Shown here piece after piece: positions 1-11,996 of a stretch of 64,000 bases of DNA. Origin of the DNA: Tubiluchus corallicola (Eukaryota > Animalia > Priapulida). Below the pieces are notes generated by a model that saw only the letters and a program-made list of their open reading frames with translations, did not search any database and was not told where the DNA came from. The position numbers were made by a program, and so were the translations under genes. The DNA is taken from the NCBI GenBank assembly GCA_030141605.1, contig JAQGDQ010002372.1, positions 558,001 to 622,000 on the forward strand. Reading direction: 5' to 3'. Position 1 is the first letter of the stretch, and every line of letters starts with the position of its first letter.

Positions 1-819
1 TGTACTTTTCCCAGAACCACTGAAATTTAGATTTACACTTATTTATTACATCTTAATGCAAAGAACAATACACATTTAATTTAGTCTAATACACATTTAC
101 ATTTAACATGTAACATGTGATTATGTACCATGTGCAATAAAACAAAATAATAGCGACAGTATTATATCGACAATCGGATTGCCCGTCCCACTACCACGCG
201 TGACGAGTAGCACAACTGTTTATATTTACGAAGTATGGATTCGCAGTAGCCAACTAATCCGACTTTAAGGATGCAGCTCCCGATATCGCGTACGAAACAA
301 TAGAAGCTAAGCTACTGATGATTGTTGGCAATACAATAAAAATCAATTTACAATTATTATATTCACATTAGGCAAAAAGACTGAAGCTCTATTTATTTGT
401 AAATTTACAATTAAATAAAAACCACTTGCAAATTTAGTTAATAACTGTATTATAAGTCCAACACTTGAAAATTTTTAGTTGATTTGTTGCAAATTCTAAT
501 AAAATTACATTATCGTCAACAGATAGATCTCTGTAAGTTTTACTCTTCTTAAATTGAATTATTCATCTGTGCATAGGCTTATAACTTTGGTGAAGTATTA
601 TTCATATATGATTATACCTTGAAGACCACGATGACGACGACGACAAAATGATGATGATGTCAAGTGATGACGAAGATAATAACGATGATGATGTCGGTGA
701 CAACAATGATAACGACAATGACGACAATGTTTTGACAGGGATGATGAAGAGATGAAGACAGTAACAGCGATGATTACTTTGAAAAAAACTGCAATCATAA
801 AGAAAATGATAAAGATTAC

Positions 820-2184
820 CTGGCTCCCATAATGGCTAGCAGAGTTCCACCTTCTACATATCCAGTAACTATAACATGATAATACTACGTTTCATAAACT
901 TGACTGTACAGTTTGTTAATTTTACGCCCTCACATTCTGTTTAAGTAGATATCTGTTTGGTTTAGATTATGTTTATGAAAATTGTGTTGTCAATTTACGT
1001 ATGTAGTTTAATTGGTCAAATTCGTTATATCATCTTTCAAAGAATTACTAATTTATTTTTTATTTTAACGCACTAATAAATTAGGTTAATAGTACTGTTT
1101 TAAATTTTTAGGCACCTGACAATGCTGTCGAAATGTTGTGTTCAAACCTTAGTTACTAGTAAAAGCATTTAGTAATGGGGTTTTACATACTTAAGTATTG
1201 TGGTGTAATCTTGCGGTTTTAAGCAAACTATTCGCACTAATTTCTCTCCTTTCAAACATAAACTTAACAGAAATAATCGTGTTCGCTACACTGTTTTGCT
1301 TATTCAATTATTGCTTCACATTGCTTTTCATCTAAGGAAGAATAATTGTCTATAAAAATGAAGAGCTACATTTGGTTGGTAGCTGAAAAGCATCAATTAT
1401 GGTGCTGTGATAAGAAGAAAGAAAACTCACTGTCATTCTTGTCCTACATAAATAAACTTACACAAAATAAACATCAAAACAATAATACCATTTCGAAGAA
1501 CATGCTTCGCGTGTGTCCGTTTTCGTTGGTAACCCATATTTGAGTTGTGACTTTCATGATGTGTCCATACATTTATTTCCTCCCAAGTTAAGGTAATCTG
1601 AAAAAGTTGGACGTCGGATTAAGAGTGCACAAAATGAAACGTAACTAACTGACACGAAAAGGGCCGGTTTATGAAATGTACGTAGTTTGTACTACTGTGC
1701 CTAGTTTGTGTTAGGTTTGAAGCCCCAAACACTGCAGCATTTCCTGCATTTCATCCACTCGGAAAGCTTCTTCTACAACTGATAATAATTTTGCTTATCA
1801 CTCCTAAAGTCCTCTATCTCTCTGAAGGTTTAGCTTACTTAACTGAAAAGCTAGGCGATTGTAACTAACATATTTTTAGGGATGCCATTAATAGCCTCAA
1901 AAAGAATTTTTGTAGAGGCCATTGTGGCTAATTAGCTAACCGGCAAATCGTTTCTAGCAGCAGATTTTTTATCTATTATCATCAACCTGCTATTAGACTA
2001 TTCGACATGTTGTTTAAAAAATAATATTCTCACATTAAGTGCACAAAAATTTGGGCTCAATAATGTTCAGTACTGCAGTAGTTTTGTTTCATAAGCATGT
2101 ACTGTTACAAAATGAGCCCTCGTTTATATATGTAATGGACCTTAGCAGATAGCTACTTCGATAATAATATTAATAATAATGATA

Positions 2185-2271
<87 letters not shown>

Positions 2272-2499
2272 AATAATAATAATAATAATGTCACTTACCG
2301 TTTCAACCTCACTAATACCAAGCACACATGTAGCTAGGCGGTCAAGCAGCTTGATGTCCCTTGTTTCGAATTGAACAGCTGGTTCCAAATCATGTTCCAC
2401 TTCACCCAGACTTTCTTCATAGGCTTTGTTTTCAATGCCATCTACATCTACATTTAACTGATCATCGTGAATAATAGGTTCGTGAAGCGAAGCAGCCAT
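820..2499 (-). CDS. white: white-like ABCG half-transporter paralog WA, 5' part only (continues off the left edge)
   Basis: GT-AG exons 2299-2499 (MAASLHEP...LGISEVET), 1489-1597 (ITLTWEEINVW...KHVLRN) and 820-868 ([16 protein letters not shown], start of Walker A). Order, phases and the 49-nt exon 3 match the complete paralogs in this window. Confidence 0.85.
2171..2289. repeat. (AAT)n/(AAC)n compound microsatellite in WA intron 1
   Basis: Directly visible; explains the poly-I/poly-V tail of ORF 2170-2499. Confidence 0.97.
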
Positions 2500-3179
2500 T
2501 CTAGCAAAGTGCTCATTAAAAGACAGCAGTGGTCTGTTCTAAAATATTAATCTCAAACCTTCTTGAAGCGCAATAACAAAAACAAAATGATCACGCAAGT
2601 CCTAATTAATTCGTTCCACGCATGCAAATGTAATTTCAGAGTGAATTCAAGCTACGCGAAATAATTTTGTAAATGCGATAAATGCTCTATTTCAATAATT
2701 AAGGGTGAAAAACATATTAATTTAATTAAATAGAATACCTATGTGACCTTGGCTACACACTCGATCGCTTAATTGTGACTTTGACAAGGCTGATATATAG
2801 CTAACATTCTTCGTAAAACAGTGTTGTTGTAGTATTGTGAAGCACATACACATGCATTGTGATTGTGATTTTTTTGTAATTTATCATGCATTCTTACCAA
2901 AAAATCTAATAAATTAACCATTTAGCAAGCATAATTAGTAGGTGAAAGTACAAAGTAGCCATCCAAAGTATAATATATGCAGGACTGTTGTTTTTAGTAA
3001 ACAAAAATTTATGATACCTGTAATAATTAAACAAGTGCACGCGTGAGTGTGAATACGGTATAAAAACAGCAAGTAAAAATAACCAGGTTTGCGTACACAA
3101 ATATTTTAATACAAAACGTTATACAGTTTTTATTGCATCACAAAGAATTATGTACAACTACACGCACGCACCTACGCGG

Positions 3180-3180
<1 letters not shown>

Positions 3181-3231
<51 letters not shown>
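3181..3231. repeat. (CA)n microsatellite
   Basis: Directly visible. Confidence 0.97.
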
Positions 3232-3232
<1 letters not shown>

Positions 3233-3502
3233 AAGTAAATAAATCATTCTAGATGAGACATAGTGTGATTAACAGCTAGAATCAAACATCAATTACCACC
3301 TTTGACAGCGTGTCTCATGTATACCAGTCTAAATTCAGCCTTGATTCAGGAAATTTAAAGCATATCTTTAAAACTCTTACAGTTTTGAAACAAATCAATA
3401 TATTCAGATTAAATTCAACCTAATTTAGATTTTCAAAACTTAGATAATTAAGGGTTTTTAATTTTGCGCTTTAAAGACCAGACCAGCAGACGTCACATCA
3501 AC

Positions 3503-3604
3503 CTAGCTTGCTTTCCTGGTGCAGAATGACAGAATGCTGAAATCCAGAAACCTATGTCTGACTAGAAGCACAAATAACAAACCGATGTTCAGATACATGT
3601 TATC
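3503..3604 (-). pseudogene. orphan terminal exon of a white-like ABCG paralog
   Basis: 102 nt translating to DNMYLNIGLLFVLLVRHRFLDFSILSFCTRKAS*, homologous to the last exons at 8866-8967, 21848-21949 and 37231-37332. The acceptor reads CGG instead of CAG. Intron homology to WB/WC extends to ~3880, and no upstream exons are found. Confidence 0.85.
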
Positions 3605-3985
3605 CCGAAAAAAGACACAGAGAAAACATTATAGCAAGCTTACAGAAGAAAAAATGAGTCAGACTGGCTTATAGACCAAATTGCTGTTAATGCTATATGA
3701 CACTTGCTATAATGCTATGTTTGTTTTAACACGGCTAACCAGTCACACAGTACCAAACATTTTCTTCAATAAATGAACTCAGTAGTGGGATATCGCTCAA
3801 CTACATCAATTTCTGTCTGGCTTCTTAAAGCATGCGGTCACAAGTCCTAAAAACTGAAACTTTTTGTAGCACGTATCTGCTCTCTACACCTCGTGAAACA
3901 AAAGCTCTCTTTGTAAATAGAAGAATACATAGAAGATAAATGCAAGATCAGCAGTTAAATTAATATTTATTAGCTGGTACTAACA

Positions 3986-4074
<89 letters not shown>
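3986..4074. repeat. (ATT)n microsatellite
   Basis: Directly visible. Confidence 0.97.
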
Positions 4075-4075
<1 letters not shown>

Positions 4076-7000
4076 TATTTATTTATTTTATTTCAGACAT
4101 TTATATTCCATAGAAGAAGAATAAAATAAGGCACAAGTAAAAACACAAAGTTAGCTTACAGAAACGTAGTAAACTTATATACAAGAAAGGTCTTATATCG
4201 TCTTAAACTTAGATCGTCTTTCTTTTGTTGAAAGATACATAATACATAATAATACATAATTTTGATGCATAACAATTTAGGACTACTTCTCAATATTTAT
4301 GCTGTTTATTTACGCTGCAGTTTGACGAGTCTAATGCTACTATAAACACATGCAAATTTAACTTTCTAAACAGCTTTAGCTTAGAGTAAATCTTGTATAT
4401 TGGCCACTGTCTTCACCCATTAATGACGTCATATCCATTTCTGCAGTGGCACCAGTCTTGGTACTACATGCTGCACTTTGAACTTTGAAGCAGAAATAAT
4501 CTTATGTTCGATGTTGTAAACGATGAACTCCTCAAAGAAATCGTAAAAAGTATCACATGTATCCCCCTACCGGACAGCCCAGCCCAGCCCAGCCATAAAA
4601 CTGTCAATTTGAAATTTGTGCAAAATACAGTTTAGGTACGACACAATATCTTGACAGCAATACGCCTGACACTTTTTCTGAAACCAGAAATTTCCAAATT
4701 GCCTGTTTTAAATATTAGCCGTATTGTGATATTGCTGACCTTAATCAGAATTAGGATTACTGGAGAAATTGATAAAATGACCTACGCCGTAACAAAAACC
4801 TATTGACGTCACTTGACTCACTACTTACACAAAGACTGTAAATGTCGTATCTATTGATGTCAACACCCCCAACCTCCACTGCCGTTATCACCTAACCTCT
4901 AATGGCGTTAAAGTTAAAAAATCAGCCTAAGATATTTCATCTTTTTGAAAAGTTTTGCATATTTCCCCCAAAGGTCAAAAATCAACATGATGGCTGAAGC
5001 AGCTCCATGTTTCTGACTTTGCCCTCTTTTATGCTACCAACTATTGGTCTTACTTATTAAACATAGTTGTAACTACTGCTTAATTAGGTCTAAGTTAACA
5101 GAAGTACAATGCTAAGAAATTCACTAAATATAGGCTTGAGCTTGAAGTAAAAGTTCCAAAAATTTATGCTGAAGGAGCGCATAAAACTGCAATTCAGGCT
5201 AGAAAAAGTAAAAATACGTTCTTTTTGGGGTGGCAAAAAAACTTTCATAAAGCTTCAATAAATTATTAGTCCTGCTCTGGCTGATTCACTCTGAAGTTTT
5301 AAGAACAGAATTGATTATATGCCACTAGTTTAATCAAAATTGAAAGTCAGTAGAATGATCTAATCCAAGTTTTGCATGGAAGACATTTTCGACCCGTTTA
5401 ACAGGTGAAATGTAAAAAAAGTAAAAAAAAATACGAAACTGAAATGATAAAGTTATCTAGGAGGATGGGATTTCGCAAGAAAACTCATGGGCACAGGAAA
5501 CAGATTGGATTAATCAGCACTGGAAACAGACTAGATTCACAACGGCACAGGAAACAGGTTGGATTCATTTTTACGCCAGGTGTGCAGCTTCAAAAGTGCA
5601 GCCGGTTCATCCACCCGATAGCTTCATACTCTCATGAGCACAAGTTTACCCGCCATAGTGATTATATCATTCAATTTGAGCATCAAAAGCAATTTAATTT
5701 TTAAGCAGCAGGATTCGTCTAATATCTTATTTGACTTTTGACAAAAATTTCTCAACAAGATCTTATATAAAATATTCGAAGTCAGTAGGTCAGTTGCTCA
5801 AATGGCTCATTTTGTTCAGCAACATAACCTGGAGCAAAGTGCGATATCACCTAATAAAATGCGCCAAATAGTCTTCTTTAAATTCATGGAAGAAACAATT
5901 TAACTATTATGTGCGATTAATGCCATAACAAAAACTCAAGTGTTTGTAATAATACTTAAAGAGAAACAATAGGGAACTTTCACAAAGAATTTTCCGTACA
6001 AAGTCCTGTTATGTAGCATTACCCTTATGTACTTGTGTGATGTCTTATGTAATTGAAAAATAAAGTTTGTAATCATTTAAAATGTGTGCGCGAACTGGTA
6101 AATACATTTCAGGGTGCACAACTGGGTCACCAAAAAATACAATTGATCTTATTGACAATGTAAAGTACTTGAAGCTTTTGCTTAGTTGTCGAAGAATAAG
6201 CTACGAAATTGTTTAAAATGGTTTACCGTTAAAATTTAGTAAGTAGCAAATTCTGAGGAGCATTTTCTTGTGCTTTTATTATTTTGATAACTCGGTCAGT
6301 ATGGTGATAATCGTACATAGTAGTCGACTGATTTCGAATTACATCCAGAAGTGGTCTTCTCTACTGCTGATATCTCAAGGCACACGCGTACTGTTGCCCC
6401 CGTCCCCTGGCTATGCAAACAAATGGCGCTTGAAAAGAATGATAATTTAGTTAACTACCTTAGTAGAATATTCGTTTTGTTAAATTTAAAGATATGACCT
6501 TTTTAAAACAGCAGTTGTTACCACAAAACAGAAAAACATGGAGCTGAAAAAGCAAAACATGTAAACAATGGAGCTAAAGAGCAAACGTGTAAATAACTAT
6601 ATAAATGTATATAAGAAACGAGTTAATCTAATGAACAAATCATTTGAAAAGAGCTGCAGTTCAACTCAAGTTGCACAATATACATCGTGTGTTGGGGTCT
6701 GAGTCATTAATGCTGTTACAGACTCACGATTACATTTTGGTACCAAGTTTAACTTAACCGGAAATGCGGAAAAGTTGAAGTGAAGTCTGGATTTAAAAGA
6801 GGGACATTCTGTTTACAAGACATCATGTATTTATGACCGAACAAAAATCATAGACGGTTTCTTACTATCAAAAACCGTTTAAGTTAGACCGAATAAACTG
6901 TCCGGTGATTTCGAAGCTTATCAAGTAAAAAAGCTGTAGCTGTAACGAACAATCATGATTTGACACTTTAGTCCGAAATAAGCAGATATTAGCTTAGAGC

Positions 7001-8865
7001 TGAAACTTTTAAAATCCTAACTATACTAAATAAACATAGAATTAAATTAACTCTAGCTAATGATTATAAAAACAAAATTAGTTACATACCTCTTCGTCAT
7101 GTTAAAACACTTGTCAAAAATTCAGAAGTTTTTGGTCAAAAGTCTATAGCTGATTCGAATTTAGAACGCAGACGCCTGTAATCAAAAATCTTTAGTTAGT
7201 CTGGCAGGAAAAGCGCGGATTATTAAAATTACTACTCGATTAATTATAACATATCGTAGTCAGATAATTTTCCAACTGGTTATTCCCAGTCGAATTTTCT
7301 GCTGGTTTGTTTCCGTTTCGCCTTGTCTCAATGACAAAAAAATTAAATGGAAAAATCGATAGAACAGGACAGGCAAACACATATTGAGAAGAAACAACGG
7401 ATAGCAAGAGATATTCAAGCTTTGAAAATAAAATCTGTAAAAGAACATTATACAGCTCTGGCTGATGTAATTTAAGTTACGCCTGTTTAATGCAGGCAAC
7501 GACGTAAACGAGTCCGTCAACGTGAAACCTAGTTTGTTATTTGTAAACCCTCAAATTAATTTTTGTGTAGGCTTATATAGGATTTAAATTTATTCGAACT
7601 AGAATTAAAGCTGTAAACTTTTAATCTTAACTTCTAACCAGTAGGCTTGGTAAGCAAAAGTGTGTGACCACTTGTAACAGTGTCCGCCATAACTTATTTT
7701 GACCAGTAAGTCTACTTACACAGCTCACTGTACCGTACGTTGACTCAGCACAGAACAATAGAACAAATATTAAATGCACATAATATATAAAGCACCATAA
7801 TTACGCTTTGACCATTGACGTCTCTAAGCCGAAAGAGTAATTTGGACGTGTCACGGGTTTTTATATGCAGACTGCAGTGTATCCTGTTCCTTGCGTAGCA
7901 TGTATACAGAATGTTTTATACGGTTTATTTTACCACCGGTAATAATAGTTTCAAGACCATCATGTGCCTTCGTGCTAAAGTATTCTCTCTCTCACTCTCA
8001 TCGCTCGCTCTCTCTCTTTCTGTTCTCTTTGTCTTTGTTTTTCTGTTAAACACTTTCTGACTATTATTATCAATTTTTCTTTCACTTTTTTCTCCTTGCT
8101 GTTGAGCTCTTTCTTTTGTATTTTTATTCATTTATTTCATTCGGTTGCTTAGACAATGAAAAAAATCACAATATCGGACATAATATACAGACAATGACGA
8201 CATATTACAAATATATACTAGAAAAAATACTAGAAAGTTAGGAAGCTTTTATTGACACACTGCAAATAACAGTAGCCTACAATCACTTATACATATTATA
8301 ATATTTTTGCAAAGAATCGCATAAATACTGAAAGAACCCGAAGCGTTGAACGTGTGTTAAACAAATCAGACTATTTAATCATTTAATCATTTAAATCCTC
8401 TAGATTTTAACATTGTATAACATCTTAATAATATGTAGCATGTATGGGTGTCCTGCCATAAGCCATAGTTTCTTAGGTCTCCCTTTATTATCTTTTTTAA
8501 TAACAGTGATCATTTTCGCGTAATTTTTTTTACTTTATTGATTATATATGTATTTCAAAATTAATGTGATTGCGATATATGTTAAATCAATAAATTATTT
8601 TAAGGTTGAATTGAATTTGAGCATTTCGGCTTTATAAACTGCCGCTGTAAAAACCTATTACATGTCCACGGTAAAGAAAAAACTAAATGCAAAACAGTGA
8701 GTTTGTTGGATTTAGGAATACATTGCTGATTTAGCACTTTAACAAGGAAATACTAAATTTAAGTGTAGATAATTAACTTCGGATTGGAAAAGCTTCAACA
8801 TAAGATAAGCATCGACTTTAATTTTGCACTTTAAATGCATCTATTTCTGGCATCATGTCATCAAC

Positions 8866-11800
8866 CTAGCCTTTATTCCGTGTTTGAAATGAAAGAATGA
8901 TGAAAGCCAAAAGCCTGTATCCAGCCATCAGAACGAATAACAAGCCAACGTTCAGGTACATATTATCCTGTGAAAAGGACAAATAAAAACAATGTAACTA
9001 TATTATGTAAGGAAAATAAGGAGTCCAAAACTTGGATTACAGCAAAAATGTTCTCATAGAATTATCAAAACTAGATCACAGTTGTTTGCTCAAGCTTATA
9101 GCATAAGAAAATGTCAAAAATTTCTTCCTGAGAATATTGTGCCACACTCATGTACTGTTAGCTTTCGCTGAACCTTTTCATCCTTCTGGCTTTTTGAAAT
9201 AATGAGAGTCTCGAAATTCATAAAACCTGAAAATTCTGTTAGCGTGTATCACCACTGACATCCATTTCAAACAGTTTTCTTATGAATAAAACTGCTGTGT
9301 TTTGACATACACAGAAACGATTTCTGTTAAGATACCTCTTTAAAGTTGAACTGGTGAAGCACAGCTGTCCCATTATGTATGCAAGGCCGCTGAGTTTCGT
9401 TGCCATTTTCACATGCTATAAATTAAACATGTAATGAAAGTTCCATATAATATTTTAATAATTCACAGTATTAAGATAAGCCTAAGTTGATAAATTGTCT
9501 ACACAGAAAAATTTCGAATAATAAAATATGCCAAATTGCACTAAACTGTGATTAACAGAATTTATTGATGGAACATTTATATGCTACCCCCAGCACAAAT
9601 ACTTGCGTATTTCTGTAACATCTTTCCATTGGTTGATGTTCAGAGCCTCATTCCCGTATTTAAACCAGCTGAGATATTCAAGCCATATAAAATATACAGG
9701 AATCGACCTGGAAATACACATTCATATTATAATTCAGATGTTTCCGCAATGCCTTTTGCCATCATCAATGTGAACCAAAACGTGGAAAAAATCGTTCATG
9801 ATAGCAAGAGGTTTTGCCGCATGCCCCTGAATAACGGACAAAAAAGTTTTGAGGTCTACGTTGAAAATTTTTTCGCCTGCGTTCCTGGTTTTACTCTTAA
9901 TTTAATATCTGACTCAGTCCTCAAATTAATTTTCTGCCATCTGCTTAGCCAGCTGTTCTATCTACACGTTCTTAAACAGTGATAGAGAACAGGCAAAGCC
10001 CTATCATTACATAGGGCACCTATATAATAATATTAATACATTATAACTATTGTTGTTTGGTAAATTTAACTTACTCCACATTCAGTAATAGACCACCAAA
10101 CAGCATCATTGCCATAAGAAATGGCGCAGCAGCGGCCCATACAATCTCCGGATTGGAGGAGAAGCAAGACATCATATAACCTGGAAAGGAAATTAAAAAA
10201 ACGATGAGTTGATGCAAAGAAATCTTGCCAATCAAAGTTAATCAAGGTCATTCAAATTAAAGTGTTAAGTAACCTTTGCCTACAAACAGAAACATAAGCC
10301 ATGCAAAGACTACCTCTTAAAAACAGGCTGGTTTAAAAAAGAGACCTAATCTAGTCTGTTGCTCATCAATTAAGGCAGAATTACCTATTACATAATTTTC
10401 TATCTTAATTATAAAATGAATCGTTTGTGTAAAAAGATATTCACCTTGTCTGGAACATTTGGCAAACACAGCAGGCTCCTTTTACTGCCTGCCTGGTATA
10501 TGCAAATTTTATGTTATTGTTAGTACAACAGTACAACAGTATGTTATATTCTCTCCTATACTATTTCTGCAAAAATGTGAACTGCCACAAAAAAACATTC
10601 GCCTCGTCTAAGGCATCTGGCAAACACAGCAGATTTCATTTACAGCATGGTACATGCGAACTTCATCTATTGTTAGTACAGCATTATACTATGTGTTCCT
10701 CACTTTGCTAAAGCATGTGCAAATAATATGCAACTGCTGAGCAGTGTTAATTGTTGCACATAATTTATACTGTTGTTAAAATAATCTCGTTCCATTGTTT
10801 ATTTTAATGTCTTTTTACAAATTGTGCTAGAGGTTTCGCTTTTGTACCTTCTTGCACTTAAAATTATCAGCAATAGACTTTTATTTTATACTTTAATTGA
10901 TACTGATGCCATATTTCTGCATGGCACTTACTGAACCAAAATATGACACAGATACTCAGAGAAATTGTTGAAAAAAAATTACAAAATTAGAATATCTTGT
11001 ATGGTCGTAAGCTTACCGAATGACGCTGATACATTAGCTATTAAAATGAGAATTCCAGCGCAAACAAAAAAGTGCGACGCTGAATGATATAAACCTGAAA
11101 AAAACACAGAAAACTACTCAATAAGTAAAACATACATCAAAGTTTAAAATAAAAAGCTCACTACAAAATAAAAAAGCGGGATAAGGATCCATTATTACTT
11201 ACCCACCATAAAATAGTGTATAAGCGTAAACAGAAATGGCAACAGGATGAAAAATGGTAGCTGAAAGAACAATGGTAGTTGAATGATACAATAATTTGAA
11301 AGATTACACTATTATAGCTCAAAACCACTAAATGCCTAATATGGAGTTTTAGTTTCTCTGTGTGATATTTCATATTACTATTTCTTAACGAGATTAAATA
11401 TTTCCCATAAGTATGTAATATTTCTTCCTTTTTCCTAAAACCTTACAGCATCGAAAACTGATGTTGCAGACTTTCAGATTTATAATTAAGTCTGTATTAC
11501 CTCACACCTTAATTACGAATGCAGCTTTGCAAAAATTCTACATTAAATTAAACACATTTATCCAATATCACTTACTTGCTTTAAATAACTCTTATCACTA
11601 ATTTCATCGGTGTATATAATATACAGCCCCTACCTCTGCCAGCATTTTGCTGAGGAAATATGTGTCCAACCTATAGCTAGCATTAAAGTGCTCCCTCAGA
11701 AAAATGACACACTCTTCACAAAACACCTGCAAGCAGAACCAACTAAAAGTACATGTATTTTAAAAATTGCGATATTGTACAGTTATCGAAGGATTTTACT

Positions 11801-11941
11801 ATAACGTAGAAATGCATTAAGTCAAGCAAAACATTCTTAAATTCATAAAAATTTAACAGAAGTAACAAAACATTTACTGTTGTGTTACTTTTATTAATGG
11901 AACATTTTTTTCATTTTCATGACTTTACATGTGCCCATGTG

Positions 11942-11996
<55 letters not shown>

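Noticed and set aside
598-798. His/Arg/Cys-rich ORF
   Set aside because: Degenerate GAT/GAC trinucleotide repeat inside a WA intron.
4360-4490. Possible minus-strand terminal exon (QSAACSTKTGATAEMDMTSLMGEDSGQYTRFTLS*)
   Set aside because: Weak acceptor, no partner exons and no recognisable homology.
9581-9982. 133-aa plus-strand ORF repeated at 22554 (likewise 18332/30397 and 7260/20212)
   Set aside because: Antisense, intronic or intergenic. Recurrence reflects the recent duplication, and the copies differ by frameshifts or stops.
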